Shown here piece after piece: positions 1 through 12,930 of a stretch of 64,000 nt of DNA (positions are counted from its first letter, which is position 1; every line of letters begins with the position of its first letter). A program made the translations under genes and the position numbers. Under the pieces are notes generated by a model that was given only the letters and a program-made list of their open reading frames with translations, was not told the origin of the DNA and did not search any database. Source of the stretch: Octopus vulgaris. Its lineage: Eukaryota. Location: NCBI GenBank assembly GCA_951406725.2, contig OX597819.1, positions 2,108,001-2,172,000 of the forward strand. The letters run 5' to 3'.

Positions 1-289
1 TATACGTATATATGTATATATAATATTATGTACGTGTATGTTTGTGTGTGTACATTTACGCACCTAGGTACATTATCGGACGATGAGGTGTACATATAAA
101 TAATACGTGTTCATACACTCATACATTTATATACTCAAAACATATAAAGTATATATAGGTACATATAGACGTATATCTTTATACCTGTACACTGATATAT
201 ATGTGTGTCTGTTTCTTTGTGTTTGTGTTTGTTATTTACCAATACTTAAGTTAACTGTTGAAGAAAAAATCGATAGAATAATTATCTGG

Positions 290-402
290 CTTAGAAAATA
301 AGTTATTGGGTCGATATGTTCGACTAAACCCTTCAAGGGTATGTCCTAGCATGGCCGCCATCCAACGAGTGAAAAGAGCAAAATATGTAAAATATAAAAG
401 AT
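290..402 (+). mobile_element. 3' portion of tRNA-type SINE (window family B)
   Basis: gggtcgat..ttcgactaaa...cagcatggccgc...gaaa tail, similar to complete copies at 12931-13340 and 60757-61220. Confidence 0.6.
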
Positions 403-477
403 AATGCATTGTAGCTCTTAGGTCCGGCATTTGAAACTCTGAGTCCTATTATGACAACTTACAGATTGTCTTATATT

Positions 478-507
<30 letters not shown>

Positions 508-508
<1 letters not shown>

Positions 509-985
509 CTCATTTCAGATCTTGACACATACTCCGAAAGGGTATGAAATGTAAAGTCGACCTCGGTGGAGGTTGAACTCAGAAAGTACTGACGATCGAA
601 ATGTCACTAAGCATTATGTCCGGCGTGCTAACGATTCTGCCAATTCGCCACCTTTCCCATGATAATCTTTTCTACTAAAAGCAGAAAGCCTGAAATTTCG
701 CGGGGGAGGACTAGTCGATTAGGTTGGCCCCAGAGTTTCACTGGTATTTAATTTATCAATCTCGAGAGGATGAAAGGCAAAATCGACCTCGACGGTATTT
801 GAACTCAAAACGTAGCGACGGGAAACATACCGCTAAGTATTTCGTCGAGCGTGCTAATGATTTTTTTCAGCTCGCCCTCTTACGCCTTCCCCATAAGGAT
901 TGAAAGACAAAAATCGGTCTCGGCGGAATTTGAACCCAGAACGTAATGATGGATGAAATACAGCCATGCATTTTGGTCCGGCTCG
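508..985 (-). mobile_element. Three partial copies of tRNA-type SINE (window family A)
   Basis: Reverse complement gives ggcgaattggcagaatcgttagcacgccgg and gagttcaaa..ccg.cgaggtcgact..gcctttcatcc (A/B-box-like head plus conserved body), recurring throughout the window. Confidence 0.75.
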
Positions 986-986
986 T

Positions 987-1320
987 CAGTTTAGCCAATG
1001 AAAACACATGTAGTATATATTTGGTGTTCACTTGCTTCAGTTTTATTTTATATTAATCGTATTTCGGCCAGAGTTCTTTCGTCACACTTCTGTGACCTCA
1101 TCAGCGGTCCTTTCCTTTCTTCTTTCTTTTTCGTGTCTCTCCTTACTAACGAGCTGCCAAAATACAATTAATATAAAATAAAGCCGAAGCAAGTGAACAC
1201 CAAATATATATTGCATGTGTTTTCATTGGCTAAACTGGCAGCATGATCATCCCCAAATACAACAATATGTTTCAACACACGGATTCTCATCAAGAATCTT
1301 GCACAACGAATATACAAACG
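987..1320. mobile_element. Foldback (inverted pLTR-like) element with HHR-like motif
   Basis: Arms ~987-1068 and ~1156-1237 are near reverse complements; the right arm runs on into a tail and (TA)n; the spacer carries CTGATGA...GAAA on the minus strand. Confidence 0.7.
1066..1110 (-). ncRNA. Minimal type I hammerhead ribozyme-like motif
   Basis: Minus strand GGACCG CUGAUGAG GUCACA-GAAG-UGUGAC GAAA GAA CUC UGGCC: core, perfect stem II, stem I pairing with one bulge. Confidence 0.6.
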
Positions 1321-1479
1321 TATATATACATAGATATTTATATTATTATATGCACATATGTATTGAAATATACTAAGTTACTACTATGAATTATACTATA
1401 ATATATAAGTAACGTTATATATGTATTTACTATTATTTATAAACACCTTAAAATATACCCTATATACGACTTGATTCCA

Positions 1480-3060
1480 TAAACAAATAAACCAGACAGT
1501 GAAGACGACTACTTCCGAAAAGTAAGTAAAAATAATCTGCCTTTCCTCCAAATCAATATTCAATTGAAAGTAGAAAAAAAAAACAATTACATTAAAAATC
1601 GATAAGGCTAAAACTAAACTTACATCCATTAATAATCTTACTGATTATAGCATAAGAATAAATAGCTATAAGTATAATAACATGACTAAATTCTTTAGTG
1701 AAGATGAATGGAGGACTGTTGATAGGATAATAAATTCACCTAAGTGTCAAACTGTAGCTGAGAAAAGAACAACTACTACAGCTACTCGTTATAAGGGGAT
1801 AAAAGCACATATTAACGTAAACTCTAATTTTAATCTAGTTAATAATGGTATCATTATAAGTGCATCCGATAATATCGTATCCGATAACGGGAAAATGAAT
1901 GGAAGCAATAACTTTAATGTTGGTGATGCTAGACTACATTCTGTGCAAAATTCTAAAAGTAGTGGAAAGAATGGTAACAGACCAAAATCTAAGTATTATA
2001 ATAATAAGATAAGTACTTTGCAAAGAATGATTCTGGATAAAACTTACAGTAAGAAAACTAGATAAAGAAATGTAACATGGTATAACTATGCGTTAAGCAC
2101 GTAATAAGCTAGGTATATCTATTTGATAGATTAATGGAAAACATTCAACTTCGGCATAAATATTGTATTCTTAATGACTTTACAGTGAAAGTCTCATACT
2201 CATCAACAGCTAATATCGTTGATTCTATCGACTACTCCAGTTTCTCTGAAAATTTACCCGTTCACTGAATTTAGCCCTAATTCAATGTGTAATAAAAACG
2301 CTTTCACTCATTCATACAATAACGGAAACATGAACTTTTAGAAGATATAAAAATCCTCAATCTATCAAGAAAGATTCTAGGAATTAAAAGTGATTAGGTA
2401 CCCTCACGCACTCAACTTAATTTTAGAGGTATAAATAGATTGACTAACACGGTACCAAATACCGTAAACCATACATAAAAAAGCGGATGGAATAATAACT
2501 TTTCGAACTCGTATTCAAGCATACAGAATGCTAACACGGAACATTTCTTTAAAAAGATTTTCTATTTCCACTAATCATCAAGACACACACAATATTGATA
2601 TCAAACACACTTATAATTTGAAAGAAAACACGAGAGTAAATTTACTAATATAAATACTACTGTGAGAAACAGCCTGAATAGCTGTATGAAAAGTAAGGAT
2701 ACACAAGTCTCTCAAAGACCACCCAAGATATATTCACCTTTATGTAACTGAACGCTAACCACTCAATCTCCATTTAAAGGTAGTTGCATTATATGTACAT
2801 AGACTGTTGCTGTTATTCATGGGAGGTTTTTTGTGTAGGTGGTGTAGTTGCTAAAGGAGGACATTGTAAGAGGTTCATGGGAAGTGGCGAAAATTTTGCT
2901 CGGATGAGTCATATGAATGTTGACATGCTTCTCCTTAGTTATGGTAATAAATTCACAAATTTTTTCTTTTCTAACTAGCAAACAGTTATATAATCTTACT
3001 TATTAGAAGCAAACCATTTTACTGGTAGTTATATCATATTCGAAGCATTGAAATAACGTC
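1480..3060 (+). pseudogene. Decayed Penelope-like element, C-terminal region; includes ORF 1682-2065
   Basis: Manual translation: RNVTWYN (~2067), HKYCILNDFTVKVSYSSTANI (~2155-2217) and CN*TLTTQSPFKGSC (~2743-2787) resemble the PLE WFNPP...KVSYS and CNC..CPL.G.C motifs. Confidence 0.55.
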
Positions 3061-3194
3061 TTTGTCGCTAAATACTTAGGCCTGTGTAAGCTAAATTATT
3101 TGTATGAAATATTGCAGCTTTTAATTAACTGCAGGATGAATTATACTCAAATTTCATTAATAAATATGCATAGTCACTCCACAAACCTAGACAC

Positions 3195-3643
3195 TGAGGC
3201 TGACTTTTGTCATTCAACCTTTTGGGGTCAGTACTATAATTAACAGTCAAGCACTGGTGTCGATGTAATCGAATACCCGTTTCCCTAAATGCCTGTAATA
3301 GAAAGATTTATTATTGTTTCGTCCGGTTTTTATGTTCTGAGTTGAAACTCCACCGAGGTTGACTTTACCTTTCATCCTTTCGAGGGGTCTATGAAATAAA
3401 TACCATTTGAGCACCGGGGTCGATGTAATCGACTTCTGACTCCCGTCAGAATTATTTGCATATGAGACAAAAGGATTAGTGGCTTTTCTTCCGGCATTTT
3501 ACCTTTATGTACAAATACTGCTGAGATCAGCTTTACTGTTTATCCTTTCGATAAAATAAAAACTTGTCAAGTACTGAGCTTAATGTAATCAATTATCCCC
3601 TCCTCAATTGCTGGCCTTATGATAAAATTTGACCCACCATCAC

Positions 3644-3709
<66 letters not shown>

Positions 3710-3920
3710 GGTGGCGAGCTGGCAGAATGGTTATCATGCCGGACAAAATATTTAGCGGCATTTCATTCGTCTTTACGTTTTTAGTTCAAATTCCGCAGAG
3801 GTTGACTTTGCCTTTCATCCTTTGGGGTCGACAAAATGAGTACCAGTTGCATACTGGGGTCTATCTAATCGATTTACATCTTCCCCGAAACGACTGGCTT
3901 TATTCTAAAATTTAAAATCA
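3195..3920 (+). mobile_element. Cluster of SINE family A copies with a (TTA)n tract at ~3645-3707
   Basis: Near-complete copy 3709-3920 (aaggtggcgagctggcagaatgg...gttcaaattccgcagaggttgactttgcctttcatcc) plus upstream partial copies. Confidence 0.75.
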
Positions 3921-3940
3921 CTATTATTATTATTATTATT

Positions 3941-4332
3941 CTATGTTTGACTTTTGCTTTATATTTGTACAAGTTGGCTCCAAGTCTCACCCAGAGACCT
4001 TAAGAGACAACAGGTTGGAAGTTCATGTTGTTGTTATGCCTAGTGTGCCATATATTTGGGGGGTTTTTTTGGGTGTTGTACTAGTGAATGCCTAAAAAAA
4101 AACCGAAAATTAGGTTTGTTTTAAAACTTGAGGTTACATAGAAAGTATTTTGCGTAGGATATGAGCAGTTCCCATGAGTACTATCTTTTGAATTTCTGCC
4201 ATTTTGGGGTTTCCTGGTATCTGAGTTAGGTAGCGATCAGCCCCTTTTGCTATCATTCCCAGGGCACCTATGACAACAGGTATTGTTTCAGTCTTCAGGT
4301 TCCACATTTTGGTGATTTCTATTTCAAGATCT
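3941..4332 (-). mobile_element. 5'-truncated R4/Dong-like RLE LINE (C-terminus plus 3' UTR) in (TAA)n
   Basis: Minus strand DLEIEITKMWNLKTETIPVVIGALG...EIQKIVLMGTAHILRKILS, typical of the R4-clade C-terminus; TTA repeats on both flanks. Confidence 0.8.
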
Positions 4333-4347
4333 TATTATTATTATTAT

Positions 4348-4905
4348 TGTGTGAGAGAGCAGTTCATGCCATCAAAGTGACACTGGAGTAAAATATACGA
4401 AGCCCAATATACCCGTCATGACTACCCGTCTGATAAGGGTACACCAGGCACATGCATCACAACCATATGTGCGCGACATGGTGATCTCATATCAAGATAA
4501 ACAGCACATGACCTTGCAGGTGGGGCCCAGTTAGAATTTTCTTCAGGTTGAGTAGCCCATCCCGCTCAAAAGGTCCCTGAATAAGGGTTGTTTAAGGATA
4601 TTGAAAGAACCACCCACGTTTCGAGAGGTGAATTATTCAAACCCCAAAGAATCCCTCTCAACACATGGCTATGATGCTCCCCCACTACTTCTGCTCGTGA
4701 TCAGAGATGCACATATCGTCAGCCACTAAGGGACATGCTCAAACGGTTAAAGTCAAACAACTGACAAGCAAATCTGTGGTATTGAGCAGAATATTTGCTG
4801 TAGCCCATCTTTTATACCAAGACTAAACAATGTACATGATAACACTTCGAATCAGTTAAGATCAGAAGCCACGAGAGCCACTGCCTGGTACTGCATCAGG
4901 GCATT
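4348..4905 (-). mobile_element. ~560 bp ORF-less element in (TAA)n, probable non-autonomous retroposon
   Basis: Sharp-edged, GC-richer block bounded by TTA repeats; no ORF; strand inferred from neighbours. Confidence 0.55.
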
Positions 4906-4936
4906 TATTATTATAATAATAATAATAATAATAATA

Positions 4937-4987
<51 letters not shown>

Positions 4988-5038
4988 TTTACTATTATTA
5001 TTATCATCATTATTATTATTTTTATTATTATTATTATT

Positions 5039-5121
<83 letters not shown>

Positions 5122-5137
5122 TATTATTATTATTACT
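4906..5137. repeat. (TAA/TTA)n and (TCA)n microsatellite
   Basis: Directly visible. Confidence 0.95.
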
Positions 5138-5437
5138 CATTCGTAGCACAGTGTAGGTAAAAATGCACCGGAGTCTTTAGTCATCTCTCAAATCGCAACA
5201 AGGATCTCAGACAGATAGTACTTTCCTTAGGGTGTGCGCTGTGTCCAACAAAGCTGCTTTTTGCAAGTCATCAATCTTGCATGGGATTTTCAGTTGCCTT
5301 AAGCAGTCTTGAAGTTTCAATGGAATTGAGACTAACGCTCCGATCACCACTGGTATCACTTTTACTTTACCCTCTCGCATTCCATACAGTCTTGCCATTT
5401 CCAGTTTGAATACGGAGTACTTGGTGATTTTTTCAAC
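5138..5437 (-). mobile_element. Second 5'-truncated R4/Dong-like 3' end (different subfamily)
   Basis: ORF 5207-5398 VIPVVIGALVSIP...LQKAALLDTAHTLRKVLSV; short 3' UTR abuts (TAA)n. Confidence 0.8.
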
Positions 5438-5599
5438 TAATTATTATTACAGTTTGATCTTATACTAAAGCCTTGAGGTATTATGTATACGCATGCACCC
5501 AAACACTCACCCAAGCTCCCCGTAGAAATTTTTGTGATGATGTGTATCCATCGTTCGTGAGGTACATTTTTTCGAAAGACTTTTTCTTGACTGAACTGC

Positions 5600-6055
5600 A
5601 GCCTTAGTTGCAGCTTAGACGGTGACTGGACTTGTGAAATCTGGGATCTCCTCAGATGCTTACTGCTATATATCAGTCAGTTAATCGAGTTGCTATTAAA
5701 ACTACTTTACCTATCTATAGAGTGATATTGAGGGCAGAGTGGAGAGAGCGACGATGTTCTCGAGGAAGATCTGGACGTCGATAAAACGAATTGGCACGTC
5801 CTTTTCGGAGAGTTCTCGGATCAGTGTCTGTTGACTACTCCCAGATGTCCTTGGTCACGCATTTTTATCGAGGGGTTTTACCGGTTTGAGATAGAATCTA
5901 CAGGCACAGAAGTGACATCAGACTTTGTTCAAATACCGCCGAAGGTAAATTCCATCCCTTTAAGAACGATAAAATATAGTATCACCGAAGCACTTGAGTT
6001 AATGAATCGACTAAGCTCTTCTGAAAGCTGCTAGTCTTGTACCTGAATACGAAAT
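5600..6055 (-). pseudogene. Possible old RTE/RTE-X-like LINE remnant
   Basis: Broken translation TRLAAFRRA..SI.. and RDGIYLR, resembling post-RT motifs. Confidence 0.3.
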
Positions 6056-6114
6056 TAATTTTGCAGTTGTTAGTGGTGGTGTCAGTGGTGGTAGCAGTGG
6101 TTGGTGTTGTAGTA

Positions 6115-6927
6115 ATTACTACCCTGCTCGCGTAAGCGGAAGCAGGGCATTGTATTCACTCGTCTTTGCGTGTTTGCAAAATTACTGGAAAACGGCCGAA
6201 CGGATTTTCTCCAAATTTTGCAAAAATACCCATTAGGTGAGTAGCTCGAAATGATGAAAATTTTGTTTGATTATCTCCAAACATACATAAATACACACAA
6301 AGAGATGTGACTGTGTGTGCGCGCGCGCGTGCGTGTGTGTGTGCGTGCACTTACGGATTTGAGGGTTCCGTTTATTTACGAGTTGATTTCACCGCAGTAT
6401 AAATACTTATAGTGGTGAAGCACTTCTCAAATTCTATGCAATATTTTCTGTATTTCATTTTGTTCTCTTTCTTTTTCATATGAATCAACCCTCGTCTGCG
6501 TATGTATAGATCATGGTGTACCGAAGCATGTAGACACCAATGGGTACATACATAAATCCATACATAGATTCTGTGTGTGTATGTGTGCGTATGTGTGTGT
6601 ATGTGTGTGTGTGTATGTGTGTGTATGTATGTGTGTATGTGTGTATGTATGTGTGCGAACGAAAAATTATATTCAGATAATTTCTCGTTCGTACGACGCG
6701 GATTAGAACACCGCTCTCTTGTTTTGGATTCGAAGGCTTCGTTTATTTACGAGTTGATTTCTTAATTTCACCGGATTATAAATACCTATAATGGTGATAC
6801 TTAAAAAAATAATTCCGTTCAATTAAAAAAACATGGGTAAGCAACGAATTCTAAGCTAAACTATATATTGCGAAACAATTAATCTGCGCGCAGGGTATGC
6901 ATCACCCCCTCTGGTACCTTCTTTTTC
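6115..6927 (+). mobile_element. Non-autonomous Helentron/DINE-1-like (HINE) element
   Basis: 5' subTIR taccctgctcgcg with adjacent partial IR gaagcagggca; 3' subTIR gcgcgcagggta followed by a short hairpin and T-run; internal (GT)n and ~65-bp direct repeats (~6355 and ~6725). Confidence 0.55.
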
Positions 6928-6969
6928 TGTTAAATTATTATTGTTATCATTTGTATAACAAGTAACGCT

Positions 6970-7435
6970 AAGACAGCGAGCTGACACAGTCGTTAGCAAT
7001 GCCGAGCAGAATATTTAGCGACATTTCGTCCGTCTTCTCGATCTGGGTTCAAATTCCACCGAGGTTAACTTTGCATTTCATCCTTTCAGATTCGATAAAA
7101 TAAGTAACAGTGGAACAATGGGTCGATGTAATCGACTTTACCCATCCCCCAGAACTTGCTGGCCTTGTGCCAAAATTTGAAACCATTCTTATTATTGTTA
7201 CCAATATTACTAATATTGCAAAGGCAGCGAGATGGCATAATTGTTAGCATGCCGGACAAAATGCTCAGCGACATTTCACCCGTCTTTACGTTCGCAGTTC
7301 AAATTCCGCCGAACTTAACCTTCATCCTTTCGTAGTCGATGAAATAAGTATCAGTTGCGCAGTGGGGTCGATGTAATCAACTTACCCCCTTCTCCCGAAA
7401 ATACTGTCCTAGTGACAAAATTTGAAACTAATATT
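6970..7435 (+). mobile_element. Two tandem SINE family A copies
   Basis: aag.cagcgag.tg.ca...gttagcatgcc heads at ~6970 and ~7221, each with the conserved body. Confidence 0.75.
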
Positions 7436-7618
7436 ACTTCTACTGCTGTTCTTATTCCCTTTGCACTATTTATACAAAGATTTTTCTGCATTACTTCCGC
7501 CATCAAAGTCAAAAATTTTATCTCTTGGCGGAGTTTCATTTAGCTAAATAAGCGGTTACACGCTGTGGAAATGTCAGAGTGAAAAGATACTGCTGAATGT
7601 GTGTGTGTGTGTGTGTGT

Positions 7619-7662
<44 letters not shown>

Positions 7663-7689
7663 ACGCGCTCTAGATCTGTGTTCGGATAA

Positions 7690-8520
7690 ATGGAACGAAG
7701 TAGAAGTCATTCAATATGGGCGTCGCTTTACTGCAAGGGCACATGATGTTCCTCTCCAGCTCATAATATCCATGGACAGAATTGACAGAATTGGAAGTGT
7801 TGTATCGAAACCGGTGAGTATGGGGCCAGTCGGCTAGAACTTGCAGACGATATAGTCCTAATCAACTCCTCCAAAGGTATCTGCGACATGTGCTCGATAG
7901 ATTTGCTGCTGAGTGCTGCCTAGCAGGAAAGAAAATAAGTGCTGCGAAGACAGACGATCGTTTCACAAGGAAGTTTGTGCGTTGCATTCTACACAAGAGA
8001 GGAGTGCCAATGAAGCAAGTGAAGGGGTTCATGTATATCGGGGCCATTTCCACGGATAATACAAGGCAGGAGGTTGAAAATGGTACAAGAACTGCGGGAG
8101 CCAGTGCAGTAACACGCCTGCTTCAGCATCCGGTCATCAGAAACGGGAAGCAAGTGTAACAGTCAAGTTCAATATCTTCAGTTCCATGTTCGTGCCTACA
8201 CTTAATTATGGTCATAGATCATGGATAATGAGCGAAAAAATATTATTGTGAATACAAGCGGCCAAAATGGTATTCCTCGGAATTATCCCTGAAGTAGCTC
8301 TACTCGATAGCATGCAAAGCTCCGACATCAGAGACGCGCTCCATGTAGAGCCCCTCCAGATTGAGAGATCGCAGCTTGGATAATACGGACATGTGGGAAG
8401 AATGTCCCAAGAAAGAATCGCCGAGAAGGTTTTACAGGGAAAATCAACCGGTAGGAGACACGGGGATACACCACGACCAAGATGGTAGGATAACATCCAT
8501 GGTAAGGCGTGAATTTTATA
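7690..8520 (+). pseudogene. Decayed RTE-clade LINE (RT C-terminal half)
   Basis: Fragments LIISMDRI, LADDIVL, LDRFAAEC..KISAAKT, QVKGFMYIG, GHVGRMSQERIAEKVL with frameshifts. Confidence 0.75.
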
Positions 8521-8921
8521 ATTCCCATATAGACAAATGGACTCTCGAAACGGCCGTAGAAATACCTCTTACCTGTTATTATAATCCGTTATATATTTTA
8601 AAACTATTAAAACAAATGTCAATGTAATTTCTAACTTTTAATTTTTAATGTTTTCTTATATTCGCTATATCACTCCACATATCGAATTTTTCGTTGCTTA
8701 TATTTCATGTATATTCTTTTTTCATATATTTCTTATTTCTATTTCTTATTTCTTAAATAATAATTTTAATATGTTCTGAATGTCTTAATGTATATGTTGT
8801 ATTAATGTATGTCATAAATACAAGATAATTATCTAATTTCTGTTTCTTTTTAAATTATATTATTTACTATCTAGCGCCTCGCATCAAACTTGAGCACTTC
8901 GAAGAAGTTCTATAATCTTTC

Positions 8922-8924
<3 letters not shown>

Positions 8925-9009
<85 letters not shown>

Positions 9010-9010
9010 C
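8925..9010. repeat. (GATA)n microsatellite
   Basis: Directly visible. Confidence 0.95.
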
Positions 9011-9084
9011 ACACATTCATACATACACACATGCATGCATACATAAGTACGTATGTAGGTACATAACGCAACCAGGCATCAGTA

Positions 9085-11660
9085 TAGAGAGACATAAGAG
9101 GATCAACAAACATTACAGAAGCCCCTTCACGAGAAGACTTAAACTCCTTCTGGGGGAAATTTGTCTGGAGTGAAAAGAAGATGCTCTGTGACTGGAAGAA
9201 ATCCGAAAAAGTTATTGCTCCTGCGTTACATCAAAGACATACAACATTGATGGTGAAAGTTTTGCAACTGTGATCCAGAAACTCCAGAAAAGAAAAGCAC
9301 CTAGATGAGACTTGATTGTTGGATATTGGTACAAGAAGCTAACTTTCTACCTACCATATCTTATCAATCTGTACCAGCAGGCTTTTATTGGAAACAGTAG
9401 CATACCACACTGGCTAGCTTTGGCAGAGAAGAAAATTGATACCCAAATGCAGAACCACCCACATGGGAAAAACTACCGGACAATTGCATGCCAGAACTTA
9501 ATGTATAATATATATACAGCATGTTTAAACCTCTTCCTCCAAGATCATTGTGAAACCAATAACATTATCCCAACAGAACAAGCAGCTGGGAAGAAGGGAG
9601 TATGGGGATGTGCCGTGCAATTGTTAATCAGCAAAACTGTGATGTCAGAGGTGCGAGAGCATAGGAGGAACCTAGTTTCAATGTGGCTAGACTACGAGAA
9701 AACCTTTTACTCTTCCCCATACATGGATGCTAGAAGCCCTTCAACTTGCTAACATTCCAGTGGGAATAGTCAAAGCCGTAGCTGACCTGACTTTATCGTG
9801 GGTCACTATCTTGAAATTAAACACAAAGAGTGAATGTATTATCACCGATAGAATAAAGTATCGCAAAGGCATATTCCAAGGAGACAGCCTCTCTGTAATG
9901 TTGTTTATACTTTCTGTAAACTCCTTGTCATTCTCGTTAAGGAAGTCTGAAGGATATCTCACTGGTTCACAAGGAAACAGAAATACCAAAATTACACACT
10001 GTTTCTTTGTGGATGATTTAAAACTTTATGCAAAGAATATGCATGAGATGAAAATGAGCCTTGACCTATTTACAACATTTTCAAAGGATGTAGGTTGGAG
10101 TTTGGTTAAGATAAATGTTGTTATATGGTTGTGAAAAGGGGGAAAACTATAAACCAGACTAGTAACATCTCCATCAATGATTTGACTGTTTCCCCTGTAT
10201 CTAGGGGTGTAAGAAAACACGTCACTAAAGAATATTAGAGCCGAATAAAGAAAGTTTGGACCTCAGAACTCTCTGCATCCAATAATAGAGTGGCGCACAA
10301 TGTATTTTCAGTACCAGTACTCATACCAATATTTGGGCTGCTTGATTGGACGCTTGATGAGATACAAGCTATTGATTCGAAAAGCCGAAAAATACTAACA
10401 AGCACAAACAAATTCCACATAAACAGTGACGTAGACCGCTTCTATCTAAAACGCGGCAGAGGTTTAACATCGATCCAAAATGCTTTTGAATGTCGATCAT
10501 ATCTCTTCAACAACATCTTTTAACCACCAAGTGTCCAAGTGCATCCCTTGATCAAGTTTGCATAAATGAGGCTGATAGCATCATTAGATTGGAAGGCAGC
10601 TCCTTGAGCAACACTGCCTGATAATCTAGAATAATGCTCAAAGAAGTCGCACGACTCTACCGCAATATATCATCAGATGAAAGGCTGATTCTATATGAGC
10701 AGAAGACTATGCATGGATATGTTAGTAGAAAGCTACGTGAAGATAGTAACATCAATCCTCTAAGCAGTCTACCATGGACTAATAGCCGGATTACTACCTT
10801 CCACTTTGAAGGTTTTACGTTTGCGATCCAGGATGCAGACTTTATGGAGTTCACACTGAAGATATCACCTACATCATGAGCAGTTGTCCGAAAATATCAC
10901 CACGGCATTATCTACCGATGAGACATCACACTGTAGCTAGGACACTCTATAATGAAATCCGTCGGATATATAATCCCGAGAACAAAAAATAAAAACCCTC
11001 GATATGGTAGGAGCCATAGCCACTCATAATAAAAAGGAACACTGGTGGAATGTAACAGTGAAGACCGCAATAAAAAGTAAGGACAACAGACCTGATATAA
11101 TGATTTGGGATAGAGAAGAGAAACTGTGTACAGTTGTGGAAATTAGCTGCCCAGAGGATATTAAAGCTGAAGATCAGTAAAAAAGAGAACAACTATGCTG
11201 AACTATTAAGAAATTTCCAGTTTCTCCATCCAGATTACAAGTTCAGGTTTATGCTTGTAATTGTTGGCGCCCTAGGATATGTAACACACTACCTAAATAC
11301 CAATCTTAAGAAATTAGGCTTCTCAAAAAGCCAGAAAGGAGAAAGCTAATTCGAATACTACAGATCCAATCTATCACTGGAACTGTAAAAATGACGAAAA
11401 CTTTCCAGAAGTTTATCATTTAAATATGTGTTATGCAACTATAGACCTGAGAATACATACATAAAGCATATAAATCTGCACATACATACATACATACACA
11501 CACACACATACATACACACACACACACACATACACATACAAACAAACAAAAATACCCTGTTGTTGATATTGAAATTCTAATGAAGGAGCCTTGGATCTAG
11601 GTTAGAAACCGGTTCTTTCTCTATTCGCAAGAAATCTTCAAATAAAACTGAATAATGGCA
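9085..11660 (+). mobile_element. Decayed 5'-truncated R4-clade LINE (RT plus restriction-like endonuclease)
   Basis: NYRTIACQNLMY, EQAAGKKG, WLDYEK, GIFQGDSLS, FFVDDLKLY, then RPDI and VEISCP, KENNY, VIVGALG; many frameshifts; ends at (CATA)n. Confidence 0.85.
11571..11619 (+). ncRNA. Degenerate HHR-like motif downstream of the R4-like ORF
   Basis: GAAAUU CUAAUGAA GG-AGCCUUG GAU CUAGGUU-A GAAACCGGUU CUUUC; palindromic stem III ACCGGU; core deviates from consensus. Confidence 0.35.
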
Positions 11661-12930
11661 TACATGCATACATACGTACATACATACATACAAACATACA
11701 TACATATATGCGTGTATGAATTTATGTAGGTACGTATTATGCATTGTATATTATATGATCATTGGTGGGATTTAAGGTCTTCGCAACGGTTCACGTGCCG
11801 TCTATTATGATTTCAAGCTCTGCTGACTTATTCTTAAATCTCCGCGTCTACTCGCATTGTGACAACCAACATATTAAAAACTTAACGAACAGAAACTAAT
11901 AGAAAGTTTTCCCTTCGATGGCTAAATGAAAAGTTAATACGGGAGACGGACTTGTGAGTCGCAGGTGATTGACTTCTGGTTCTTTAAATCTGATTGAACA
12001 TTAATAATCACGCGAATTTCAACCAATCAAGTCGCAGAATCTCTCTTTAGACTATTTTCCTTTCTGAGCCGATCCTGGTCTTCACAAAAACATGAATAGC
12101 TGAGATGGCAATCCTTTGAATCAACCAACTGAACTCCGAAATTAGGAATTTTCCGATAAGCAAATGGCCATAATCTTCATTCTCTGTTCGGAATTCTAAC
12201 ACCTATCATTACTGAAAGAAGAAAGAGCTGATGCAGTAACGGCCAACTTTTTAAAGTTTTTTTACCGTAATTTCTGTTAGTATGTATTCTCTCCATGTTT
12301 ATTCATTTTTGCTAATTTTTTTTTTAATATTTGAATTTTTGATTTGCATTTAGTGATGCGCAAAGTTTTCTAGGAAATTTCCTGAAACGTATTTTGTCCT
12401 TTTGTATTTTAATATTTTCCAAAAAACTCTAGAAATATGAATAACTTTCATCCCCATGTCTGATTCTTCAGTGAAAATTTTATACAGATTTAAATGTTTG
12501 TTCACATTTTTGAATAATCATTAAAACTTATAATTCCGCTTGTCCACATGCATGTTTTACATAGAAATTCCGCATAATTACACGGCTTTTTATTTGCTTT
12601 TTGCGTTAATGTATTTAGTGCATAGTCGCTGTTATAAACTACAACTTTTGTGCATTTGTGGCTGGAAATGAGTATAAGAGGACAAGACCAACGAACACTT
12701 TAGCCATTTCAGGTCAACAAGATGTCATTACTTTTGTGAAAGTCGAAATCAAGGTTTTCTCGTGAACAGTTTTTCTTCATTTGCATCTCAAAAACAAGAT
12801 GCAAAACTAATACTCATTTCTGTTTTTAAATGTCTGGATTTTCAGGAGTTGATAATTTAAACATACCACGTCCTGAAAAACTAAGTATATTGATAAAGTT
12901 TTTAATGCACAAGACAAGAAGGAATACATA

